Notes under the pieces: generated by a model
The model's input: the letters and a program-made list of their open reading frames with translations, nothing else
The model's database searches: none
What the model was told of the DNA's origin: nothing
Program-made: the position numbers and the translations under genes
In this document: positions 8,975 to 16,454 of the stretch, piece by piece
Numbering within the stretch: the stretch's first letter is position 1
Layout: each line of letters begins with the position of its first letter
From: a virus
Taxonomy: Duplodnaviria; Caudoviricetes
DNA length: 39,395 bases
Strand: one strand, 5' to 3'
Virus record (IMG/VR): IMGVR_UViG_3300040985_000999
Location: 1 to 39,395 of that record

Positions 8975-9150
8975 ATCCCCACCTCCGCCACACTGAGGTG
9001 GACGGTGTTGGTGACGCGGACTTCGACCAGCGGTTTGAACACGACCCGGCCTCCCTTGAGGAAGCGTTCGCGAACACCGGCCATCCGGCCATATGGGTGG
9101 ACGTAGGCCGCAGCCTCATCGTAGGTCTTGAAGCCGCCGACGGCGATTAT
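8971..9150 (-). CDS. Unannotated 59-aa ORF apparently starting at ATA
   Basis: AGGAG + 8 nt + ATA; open for 59 codons; its TGA overlaps the ATG of the next gene (ATGA). Confidence 0.5.
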   Translation of the reverse strand: MIAVGGFKTYDEAAAYVHPYGRMAGVRERFLKGGRVVFKPLVEVRVTNTVHLSVAEVGI

Positions 9151-9195
9151 GCGTGTGTCTCCTGTTTGAGTTCGGTAACATTACGGTAACACCCC

Positions 9196-9228
9196 AAAAG
9201 CCCAGCCGGTGGGGACCGGTCTGGGCTT
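9196..9228 (-). terminator. Hairpin terminator/attenuator after the first leftward gene
   Basis: Minus strand AAGCCCAG(A)CCGGT-CCCC-ACCGGCTGGGCTT followed by a short T run. Confidence 0.55.
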
Positions 9229-9251
9229 AGGTGCATTTAATCGGATTTAAA

Positions 9252-9593
9252 TTACCGTTGCTCATCGACCCACGCTTGGGCCTTGGCGTTGCGCTCGGCG
9301 TAGCCGTCGAAGGCGACGTGGACGCTGATGCGTCCGGGGCGCTTGCCGCTGTCTAGAGCGGCGTACAAGTCGCGGATGCGGTCGCCGTAGAAGAGGTCCA
9401 AGGAGCCATGGACCCAGAGGACGCCGTTCGGGCAGCCGGTGGTGTCCACGATATCGCGCACCTGATCGTCGATCTTGCGCTGGGCTTGGATCAAACCATT
9501 CGGGTTGAGGTAATGGAAGGATACTTGGTCCTTAAGGCTCCAAGAGGAGGAGCATTGCTGGGCGTCGAGGGCTATGTAATCGAAAGAGGGCAT
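9252..9593 (-). CDS. Hypothetical early protein (113 aa, MPSFDYIALD...)
   Basis: ATG 9593 follows the same AACGGAGACACGA leader as ardC; the ORF-track extension to 9662 is the promoter. Confidence 0.7.
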   Translation of the reverse strand: MPSFDYIALDAQQCSSSWSLKDQVSFHYLNPNGLIQAQRKIDDQVRDIVDTTGCPNGVLWVHGSLDLFYGDRIRDLYAALDSGKRPGRISVHVAFDGYAERNAKAQAWVDEQR

Positions 9594-9662
9594 GTCGTGT
9601 CTCCGTTTTTGAGTGAATGAATGTCGGACCCCCCTTATGGACCCGTCACGCACTGACGTCAA
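9591..9662 (-). promoter_or_regulatory. Conserved promoter-leader-RBS cassette, copy 3
   Basis: TTGACG-tcagtgcgtgacgggtc-CATAAG-gggggtccgac..ttcatt..aacggagacacgac-ATG. Confidence 0.7.
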
Positions 9663-9675
9663 ATTAAAAATGCGT

Positions 9676-9705
9676 TTGACACCAAATTAAATTTCTGCGT
9701 AGGGT
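9676..9705 (+). promoter_or_regulatory. Rightward promoter, back-to-back with the leftward cassette
   Basis: TTGACA-N18-TAGGGT in an AT-rich gap, then CAGGAGG SD before ATG 9735. Confidence 0.6.
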
Positions 9706-9734
9706 CCGGGTCGTTTCAAACAGGAGGTTAAGAC

Positions 9735-11969
9735 ATGCGAAAGAGTGAGCTGATTAATGCTGCCCTCGCGGTGGCCAAGACGTACCCGGTCTTCCCGACC
9801 AATGATAAGAGGCCGGTCTGGAGCAATCTGGAGCTGGACGTTGGCCGAGGCCAAGGCGGCTACAAGATCGCAACGCAGGACCGAGAGCGGGTCGTTGAAT
9901 TATTCCACCATACCCGCGCCAGCGAGATCGCCGTCCCCATGGGTGCGATGTCCGGCCTGATCTGCGTCGATGTCGATTTATATAAGGACCCGTCGTTACA
10001 GGACTGGATCGACGACAACTCGGATTATCTAATGGGCACGCTGTGCCACAAGACGAGGTCCGGCGGCCTCCACTTTATATTCAAGCACCCCGGCGATGTT
10101 GGCAGGCTCCCGGCGACGCTGCGTGAAGGCGTCGATCTGAAAGCCAACGGCACGGGCTATATATGCTGGCCGCCGACCGAGGGGTACGAGCAGGTCGGAA
10201 AGTTTCAGGGCCTCGCAGACTTCCCTATGGAGCTGGTGACCGGGGCGCTCAAGGCGAAGGGCGGCACGGGATCGCTCGCCGGGGGCAACTCGTTTAACGA
10301 AGCGTCAGACGCTGACTTAATCGAGCGGGTACGCGAGGCCACTGAACTATACCCATCGCTTCGCAGCCTTAGTTTCAGGCTTGCGTCTAGACGCAAACCA
10401 GATGGTGAGGACTATACCCAGCATGATATCGTCGAGGTGCTGACGGGTATCATGCAAGAGAGTGTCGCTGCGGACGTAGGTCATCCCCGGCATGAGGACT
10501 GGCTCGACCGGGAGGAGAAGATACCGGAGCTGGCAGCCAGTGCGCTGGAGGCCAACGAGCTGCCGGTCATCAGCGCGGAGGAGGCTAAAATTTGGATGGA
10601 AGGCGAGGCCTTCATGGACACCCAGAAACTGATCGCGGCCTCCGTTCGCCCTACCGGCCCGCAGCGCGAGACGACAGCCTCGGACATCGAGGAGCGCGTT
10701 GCGGACATCGCTACGACGGATATGACAACGCCTACGAAAAGCAGCAACGAAAGCAGCGCCTCCGAAAAAGCATCCGCCGAGGACGACGGCTACATCGGCC
10801 TAAACGCCACTGAGTTGAGAGGTAACACCATCGACAAGCTCAACTGGATTGTACCGCTGATGATCCCTGAAGGGGCCATCGTCTCACTGGCCGGCGCATC
10901 GAACGTCGGCAAGACCAGATGGCTGGCTGCGCTCACTATGGCGATGGCGGCGGGCGACACGGCGCGGATGGGCCTGCCCCAAATCGACGGCCCCGTCTCG
11001 ACCCTGTGGCTGGCCAACGAGGAGCGGGTCCTCGACATCGCACGTCGGGTCAAGGCGGTCACCCTTCAGCACGACGACAAGGAGAGCGCCGACATCATTG
11101 TGCGCGGCAAGGACAAGGGAATGATGCGGCTCGTGGCGCTCAACGAGATCGGCAACCCGGAGATCGATGAGAAGAACGTCGCGGAGATCGTGGCGAAGGT
11201 CCGCGAGAATAACTGCAAGCTCGTGGTCTTCGACCCCTACGTCACCTTGTCCGACGCCATGGACGAGAACAGCGCGGTGTCGGCGGCCTCGATCACCAAG
11301 GCCATGCTGCTCATCTCCACCATGACCGGCGCAGCGGTGATGCACGCCCACCATACGCCCAAGGATCGCTCCAAGGACGTGGACTGGATTAGAGGCACCC
11401 CGGATGGCTGGCGCGGCTCCAGCGCGATCTACAGCGCCTTGGACTGCGGCTTCACGCTGGCCAACTGGATGCCAAGGAAGGACCCCGGACGCAGGAAGGC
11501 GTGGAAGGAGAATTATCTCGACGCCAACCTGTCCCGTTTCATCGTCTTGGACACCGGCAAGATCAGGGAAGGTGAGGCGCTCGAACCTGTGATGTATGAG
11601 CTGGTCGGTCAGGAGATGGACGAGAACGAGGGTGCGCCTATCGGCGTCTGTCGTCGAGCTGATGAGGCGCAAGCGTACAACGCGTTGCTCGGCGTCTCGT
11701 CAGAGATGATCCTAGCGGGCGAACTGGCCTATGAAATCAGCCGCGTCATGGGCGTCGGCACCTACACCAAGATGAACGATGTGCATAAACAGATGGAAGG
11801 CATCCCCAACTGGCCCGACATCAGCACGGCCAAAGGCAAGAAGGACCTGCTCGCGCTGTGGGACAAGCCGGTATACGCTGAAGGCTTCACGGTGCAGATG
11901 GTGGACACCGGCAAGACGACCACTGGCAAGTGGCAAATCATAATCAAGGAGGATGAGGACAATGGGTAA
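9735..11969 (+). CDS. Bifunctional primase-polymerase fused to RecA-type (AAA_25-like) helicase
   Basis: YPVFP, GLICVDVD, KTRSGGLHFIF, GVDLKANGTGYICWPP; Walker A GASNVGKT; LANEE; VVFDP; HHTPK; RGSSA. Confidence 0.9.
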   Translation: MRKSELINAALAVAKTYPVFPTNDKRPVWSNLELDVGRGQGGYKIATQDRERVVELFHHTRASEIAVPMGAMSGLICVDVDLYKDPSLQDWIDDNSDYLMGTLCHKTRSGGLHFIFKHPGDVGRLPATLREGVDLKANGTGYICWPPTEGYEQVGKFQGLADFPMELVTGALKAKGGTGSLAGGNSFNEASDADLIERVREATELYPSLRSLSFRLASRRKPDGEDYTQHDIVEVLTGIMQESVAADVGHPRHEDWLDREEKIPELAASALEANELPVISAEEAKIWMEGEAFMDTQKLIAASVRPTGPQRETTASDIEERVADIATTDMTTPTKSSNESSASEKASAEDDGYIGLNATELRGNTIDKLNWIVPLMIPEGAIVSLAGASNVGKTRWLAALTMAMAAGDTARMGLPQIDGPVSTLWLANEERVLDIARRVKAVTLQHDDKESADIIVRGKDKGMMRLVALNEIGNPEIDEKNVAEIVAKVRENNCKLVVFDPYVTLSDAMDENSAVSAASITKAMLLISTMTGAAVMHAHHTPKDRSKDVDWIRGTPDGWRGSSAIYSALDCGFTLANWMPRKDPGRRKAWKENYLDANLSRFIVLDTGKIREGEALEPVMYELVGQEMDENEGAPIGVCRRADEAQAYNALLGVSSEMILAGELAYEISRVMGVGTYTKMNDVHKQMEGIPNWPDISTAKGKKDLLALWDKPVYAEGFTVQMVDTGKTTTGKWQIIIKEDEDNG

Positions 11970-12162
11970 ACAATCAGTAACCCGGAAAAGCGATCAGGTC
12001 TGTGCGACATGCACCTACAGTGTGCCCCTGATTTACAACTCCCAGATTATCTCGCATGAATGTCGTATCCGAGCGCCGACTATGATGTTCAATGGCAACG
12101 AGGTGGAAAGTGGATGGCCTGAAATCCAGAACACTGACCATTGTGGGGAGTGGTCCTCGTGA
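11962..12162 (+). CDS. Small four-cysteine protein (66 aa)
   Basis: CATC...C..RAP...WP......HCGEW pattern; GAGGA SD; overlaps the primase stop. Confidence 0.7.
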   Translation: MGKQSVTRKSDQVCATCTYSVPLIYNSQIISHECRIRAPTMMFNGNEVESGWPEIQNTDHCGEWSS

Positions 12163-12419
12163 CCCGGCTCTGCCCGTTGCACTGGGCGTTGGCGGCTGAA
12201 GAGCTGGGCAACGCACTCACGCTCGATCAGCAATGGCTGGTTCGGGACTATCATCAGGCGCAGCGTAACGCGTCGCGCCTCCACATCGACAGAAACGTAT
12301 TGTGGCCAGACACTTACCCGGTAGTGAAGGGCAAAAACCCAGCTCTGTTAGCGAAACGCTGTAACCCGCAGGTTACTCTAACAGAGCTGGTGAGAGATGA
12401 CGAGCTTTGTAAGGGCTAA
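12159..12419 (+). CDS. Hypothetical protein
   Basis: GTGA overlap with the previous gene and GGGGAG SD; 3' half runs into the repeat region. Confidence 0.45.
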   Translation: MTRLCPLHWALAAEELGNALTLDQQWLVRDYHQAQRNASRLHIDRNVLWPDTYPVVKGKNPALLAKRCNPQVTLTELVRDDELCKG

Positions 12420-12554
12420 GTCCTTGAAACTAAACGGTTCACAACTCTGTTTTGCCTAGTCGCAAACAGAGCTTACAAAGAGGGAGGATTGCACAATAAA
12501 ATCAACGGTCTAGCTATACTCTGTCAGCTCTGTATATATCCCCTACGGGGATAT
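12341..12554. repeat. Cluster of (AG)CTCTGT(T) repeats in both orientations plus hairpin; putative replication origin
   Basis: AGCTCTGTT 12341, AACAGAGCT 12380 and 12465, CTCTGTT 12445, CTCTGT 12519, AGCTCTGT 12526; hairpin ATATCCCC-TAC-GGGGATAT 12536-12554; AT-rich; downstream of the primase. Confidence 0.55.
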
Positions 12555-12610
12555 GACTTGTTCGCTTGGTGCGACAGCCTCCATGGCGATACATACCGAG
12601 GAGAAAGATT

Positions 12611-12820
12611 TTGTGTGAAAATTGTAAACGGCGATTTGTAACCCAGCACGTCGCGCAGCATTCGGAGTTCGGTCTGGACGCGTTCATCGCGGGCAAATAC
12701 GACACGCTGGCGGCGGCAGGCGTCGCGCTGGTTAAATACTTTGGCAACCTGTACGAGGTCCTGCAAACCTCGACCGGCGAGGCCAGCCCCTTCCATAATT
12801 CACGGGGGAGGCAACGATGA
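12611..12820 (+). CDS. Hypothetical protein (about 69 aa, CxxC at N-terminus)
   Basis: GAGGAG SD before TTG 12611; ATGA overlap with the resolvase gene. Confidence 0.5.
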   Translation: MCENCKRRFVTQHVAQHSEFGLDAFIAGKYDTLAAAGVALVKYFGNLYEVLQTSTGEASPFHNSRGRQR

Positions 12821-13296
12821 TCATCTTGGGCATTGATCCCGGCGCGAAGGGGGGCCTCGCGGTGGTGGAGTACAAACCCGGCGAGCTGCCCGTGATCTTG
12901 GGTGGCATCCGTATGCCAACCATTATGGAGCGGACGAAGACACTCGTGGACGGCAACACGATCCTGCTCTGGGTGAAACCGTGGCACATTGATCTGACCG
13001 TGCTGGAGTGGGTCTCGGCTATGCCGAAACAGGGCGTGACGTCCAGCTTTAGCTTTGGCCGAGCGACCGGCGCTGTCGAGACGGTGGCGCGCTACAAAGG
13101 TGACCGTGTCGAGTGGGTCTCACCCGCTATGTGGAAAAATCACTTTGGTCTGAGCAAGGACAAGCGGGCCAGCATGGACAAGGCGGCCCATCTGTTTGGG
13201 GAGAGCTTCGAGTGGACGCGGAAGGCCGACGACGGCATCGCGGAGGCTGCTTTGATGACCCACTGGTTTGTAGACAAGAAGATGCATCGGTTGTAG
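12817..13296 (+). CDS. RuvC-like Holliday junction resolvase
   Basis: IILGIDPG, VLEWV, SFSFG, VSPAMWK, DGIAEAALM. Confidence 0.85.
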   Translation: MIILGIDPGAKGGLAVVEYKPGELPVILGGIRMPTIMERTKTLVDGNTILLWVKPWHIDLTVLEWVSAMPKQGVTSSFSFGRATGAVETVARYKGDRVEWVSPAMWKNHFGLSKDKRASMDKAAHLFGESFEWTRKADDGIAEAALMTHWFVDKKMHRL

Positions 13297-13299
13297 GGT
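13271..13299 (+). promoter_or_regulatory. Putative promoter giving a leaderless packaging-gene transcript
   Basis: TAGACA-N17-TAGGGT, then 8 nt to ATG 13308; no SD. Confidence 0.45.
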
Positions 13300-13307
13300 C
13301 CTCGATC

Positions 13308-14057
13308 ATGGCCAGACAAAAACGAAAATTCTATTACACCTATGCGCTGATCGATCCGCGCACCGCCCTCCCATTTTATGTTGGAAAGGGGAGCGGCCCG
13401 CGTCTCGTTCGGCACTTCCAGAATGTCCCGAAATCGCTCGAGGGCGAGCCGGGCAGCGCCAAGTACAAGAAGATCTCCAGCATCAAGAAGGCAGGGCTAC
13501 TGCCCAAGGCGACCATCTTAGGCAACTACGACGACGAGGACCTTGCGCTCAAGGCCGAGCGTCAGCTCATAAAGTCTCTAGGCCTCGCCAAGCTCACCAA
13601 CCAAAACGCAGGCGGCGGCGGACATCGCACGACTAAGCGAGGTCAGGGTCTGACGCCTAAGCAAGAGGCGTTCTGCCACGCCCTCGCCTCTGGTAAATAT
13701 TCCAGCAACACTCAAGCGTACTGCTCGGTTTACTCCACCAAACGCATGGCGGGTAAGACGATCCACGAGGCCGTGTCGCGGCTGCTCTCAAATAGCAAGG
13801 TCGCCACAAGGATCGAAGAGCTGCGACGCCCAGCGGTGCAGAAAACCAAGGTGGACCTCGAATATGTCATCAATGGACAGCAACGTGCGGCGGAGCTGGC
13901 TGACGAGACCGGCAACGCTGGGGCGATGTCCTCCGCCTACAAGGAGTTGGGCAAACTCGTGGACGCGTACCCAGCCGAGCGTAAGCATCTCACCGTTGAC
14001 GCTGACGACCTGACAGTCCGCATCAAGGCAGGCCGAGAGAGAGCGAGGCAGAAATGA
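13308..14057 (+). CDS. GIY-YIG nuclease-like domain fused to terminase small subunit
   Basis: N-terminal YYTYALIDPR..PFYVGKG..RL..H, ALKAERQLI, LTNQNAGGGG; C-terminal LTPKQEAFC...AY...RLLSNSKVATRIEELR; just upstream of TerL. Confidence 0.75.
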   Translation: MARQKRKFYYTYALIDPRTALPFYVGKGSGPRLVRHFQNVPKSLEGEPGSAKYKKISSIKKAGLLPKATILGNYDDEDLALKAERQLIKSLGLAKLTNQNAGGGGHRTTKRGQGLTPKQEAFCHALASGKYSSNTQAYCSVYSTKRMAGKTIHEAVSRLLSNSKVATRIEELRRPAVQKTKVDLEYVINGQQRAAELADETGNAGAMSSAYKELGKLVDAYPAERKHLTVDADDLTVRIKAGRERARQK

Positions 14058-14248
14058 GTGAGACAAATATCGACGGCGTTCACACGATCAAGCGGCACCC
14101 TTGGGGCAAGCCCATCCCCGGTGCGGGATCGATGCGTGTCTGTAAACGGTGCGGCGAGAAGGAGACCGACCACACGACGCAGTCGGAGTGCATCGGCAGG
14201 CCGGAGCTTGGCCCGGTCGAGAGCCTCCACGACTACGATCCAATTTGA
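14054..14248 (+). CDS. Small putative zinc-ribbon protein (64 aa)
   Basis: HPW...CKRCG...EC; start and stop overlap both neighbours. Confidence 0.65.
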   Translation: MSETNIDGVHTIKRHPWGKPIPGAGSMRVCKRCGEKETDHTTQSECIGRPELGPVESLHDYDPI

Positions 14249-15753
14249 TGGTAGCGATTGATCACGACGACCCGGAACGGGCCGACCAACTCCTCGCTGA
14301 CGAGATAGCGGACTTCTATGCCGATCCGTATGGCCACGTCATGTTCAGCTACCCGTGGGGCGTGCCCGGCTCCGGCCTCGAAGGCTTCGAGGGGCCTGAT
14401 CAGTGGGCCAAGGAGTTTCTGATCGAGCTGGGCGAGGAGATCAAGAAGCGCGGCTTCGACGGCGTCAACGCGGTGGACCCGATCCGGTTCAGCACGGCGA
14501 GCGGCCACGGCATCGGCAAGAGTTGTCTCACAGCATGGATCATCAGATGGATTATGGACACGAGGCCAAACTGTCAGGGGACGGTGACGGCGAACACCAG
14601 CGACCAGCTCCGGTCGAAGACGTGGGCAGAACTTGCGAAGTGGCACCAGTTGGGTATCACGCGCCACTGGTACACCCTCAACGCTGGCGGCGGTGGGTCG
14701 CTAAACTATTACAGGACCTCGGCGTCAGCGACGTGGCGCGTTGACGCTCACACTTGCGAGGAAAGGAACAGCGAGGCGTTCGCTGGGCAGCACGCGGCAG
14801 ACAGCACGAGCTTCTACATCTTCGACGAGGCCAGCGGCGTGCCCGACAAGATATGGGAGGTGCGCGAGGGCGGCCTGACCGACGGCGAGCCAATGTCGTT
14901 CGACTTCGGCAACCCCACCCGGAACAGCGGACGGTTCCACCAGAACATGGTGGGCCGGACCAAGCACCGATACATCAAGCGGTCCATCGACAGCCGCGAG
15001 GTGAAGATCACCAACAAAGAGCTGATCAAACAGTGGGCCGAGGATTATGGTGAGGATAGTGATTTCTTCAAGGTGCGTGTCCGGGGCGTATTCCCAAGCA
15101 GCTCGCTCCGGCAGTTCATCTCGACCGACGACGTGGACGCTGCAATGCATAGACAGCTCCGGCGAGGCGCATACGATTTCGCTCCTAAGATCATTGGCGT
15201 GGATCCCGCGTGGACCGGCGAAGACGAGTTCGTAATCGTCCTGCGCCAAGGCCTGTACTCGAAGGTGCTTGGCGTCTACGAGCGCAACGACGACGACGTG
15301 GCTATGGCGCAGCTCATCGGCCAGTTCGAGGACGATCACCAAGCCAACGCTGTCTTCGTGGACGGCGGCTACGGCACCGGCATCGTGTCCATCGGTGCAG
15401 CCATGGGCCGTGACTGGCAGGTCATCTGGTTCAGCGGCAAGAGCGTCGATCAAGGCTGCTTCAACAAGCGCGCCGAAATGTGGAACGCGATCCGATTGTG
15501 GCTAAAAGATGGCGGTTGTCTGGAAGAGGACGACATCATGCGGAACGCGCTGACCGGCCCGGAGCTGGTGCCACGCGTCGATGGCAAGATACATTTGGAG
15601 AGTAAGGAGGACATGCGGAAGCGGGGCCTCGCCAGCCCTGACCGGGCCGACGCCTTGGGCCTCACCTTTGCCTTGCCGGTGGCCGCGACCAAGCTCCCCG
15701 ACCGCCGCCAGCGCCTGTCCGACCAGACCGAGCATGAGTACGAACCCCTCTAA
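14248..15753 (+). CDS. terL: Terminase large subunit
   Basis: Walker A ASGHGIGKS, Walker B YIFDEASG, FGNPTRNSG, nuclease IGVDPA and SPDRADAL; TGATG overlap gives start at 14248. Confidence 0.93.
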   Translation: MVAIDHDDPERADQLLADEIADFYADPYGHVMFSYPWGVPGSGLEGFEGPDQWAKEFLIELGEEIKKRGFDGVNAVDPIRFSTASGHGIGKSCLTAWIIRWIMDTRPNCQGTVTANTSDQLRSKTWAELAKWHQLGITRHWYTLNAGGGGSLNYYRTSASATWRVDAHTCEERNSEAFAGQHAADSTSFYIFDEASGVPDKIWEVREGGLTDGEPMSFDFGNPTRNSGRFHQNMVGRTKHRYIKRSIDSREVKITNKELIKQWAEDYGEDSDFFKVRVRGVFPSSSLRQFISTDDVDAAMHRQLRRGAYDFAPKIIGVDPAWTGEDEFVIVLRQGLYSKVLGVYERNDDDVAMAQLIGQFEDDHQANAVFVDGGYGTGIVSIGAAMGRDWQVIWFSGKSVDQGCFNKRAEMWNAIRLWLKDGGCLEEDDIMRNALTGPELVPRVDGKIHLESKEDMRKRGLASPDRADALGLTFALPVAATKLPDRRQRLSDQTEHEYEPL

Positions 15754-15779
15754 TTAAGATCAATCGTTTGATCTTAATT
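15752..15779. repeat. Perfect AT-rich 28-bp inverted repeat
   Basis: AATTAAGATCAA-TCGT-TTGATCTTAATT. Confidence 0.85.
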
Positions 15780-15803
15780 GATCCGGTGCGGCGTTCTTGC
15801 GAC

Positions 15804-15833
15804 TAGACGGACCCCCTATTTTGGGTGTAGGGT
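15804..15833 (+). promoter_or_regulatory. Putative promoter giving a leaderless structural-operon transcript
   Basis: TAGACG-N18-TAGGGT, then 8 nt to ATG 15842. Confidence 0.45.
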
Positions 15834-15841
15834 CCTCCGCC

Positions 15842-16297
15842 ATGGATGGCCTTGCAGTATTCTCCGTGGCTAATAGCCACCCTCTATCGTTCCTTTTGAA
15901 CCGTCAGGTGCGGCATGTCTTCGCCTGCGTCAGGGACGTCGAGCGTGGGTATTGGATGTCATATGACTGGCACCAAGGCGTACCGCACATCACCGTTCAA
16001 GCCGCCGCCGACTACGATCTGGCGGGGCATTACCTCGGACTGGGGTATCAGGTGGTCCCGGTCGTCATCCGAGATACGCCCACGTTCGGACCCCTTCAGT
16101 GGAACAACTGCGTCGGTCACACGAAGACCGTATTGGGCATCCGTTCGTGGGCAGTCGTGCCATTTGGCCTCTACAAACATCTCATGCGGAAGGGTTTGCG
16201 CTCCTATGAATTTACATCAGATGACCATCGTGCCCGGCTTCGGCGGATCACCAGCGGCAGCCCCTCCGCCTCCGCCTCCGCCACCGCCTCCGGCTGA
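15842..16297 (+). CDS. Hypothetical protein, possibly permuted papain-like (His before Cys)
   Basis: RHVFACV ... WNNCVG..K.VLG....VVPFGLYKHL. Confidence 0.55.
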   Translation: MDGLAVFSVANSHPLSFLLNRQVRHVFACVRDVERGYWMSYDWHQGVPHITVQAAADYDLAGHYLGLGYQVVPVVIRDTPTFGPLQWNNCVGHTKTVLGIRSWAVVPFGLYKHLMRKGLRSYEFTSDDHRARLRRITSGSPSASASATASG

Positions 16298-16451
16298 TCC
16301 GCCTCGCCGCGTCGATCAAGAGGTCCAGCAAGCCCGCGCCGACGAGATCAAGCGGTCCAAGATCGCGGCAGGCATCGGCGGTACGAACAAGACCAAAGGT
16401 CTCCTCAAGGACAGTGATGCGACGACGTCTCGCCGCACGCTGCTCGGCTAG
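16206..16451 (+). CDS. Small polyproline protein preceding the portal
   Basis: GFGGSPAAAPPPPPPPPPP...RRTLLG; such proteins usually sit upstream of T7-like portals; start 16206 or 16221. Confidence 0.7.
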   Translation: MNLHQMTIVPGFGGSPAAAPPPPPPPPPPADPPRRVDQEVQQARADEIKRSKIAAGIGGTNKTKGLLKDSDATTSRRTLLG

Positions 16452-16454
16452 ACC

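Noticed and set aside
9237-9250. CtrA box
   Set aside because: TTAA-N6-TTAA, not the N7 spacing
9-9662. The three 38-bp motif copies as CRISPR repeats or att sites
   Set aside because: They are kilobases apart, imperfect, and each has -35/-10 geometry oriented toward downstream genes
13113-14247. ORF-track upstream extensions (13113, 14149; likewise 477, 4327, 6020, 9662, 15797, 15915, 25377)
   Set aside because: They overlap neighbouring genes or promoters; downstream starts have better SD, stop-start coupling or promoter spacing
15759-15772. FNR/FixK box within the palindrome
   Set aside because: Half-sites are in the reverse arrangement (ATCAA-N4-TTGAT rather than TTGAT-N4-ATCAA)
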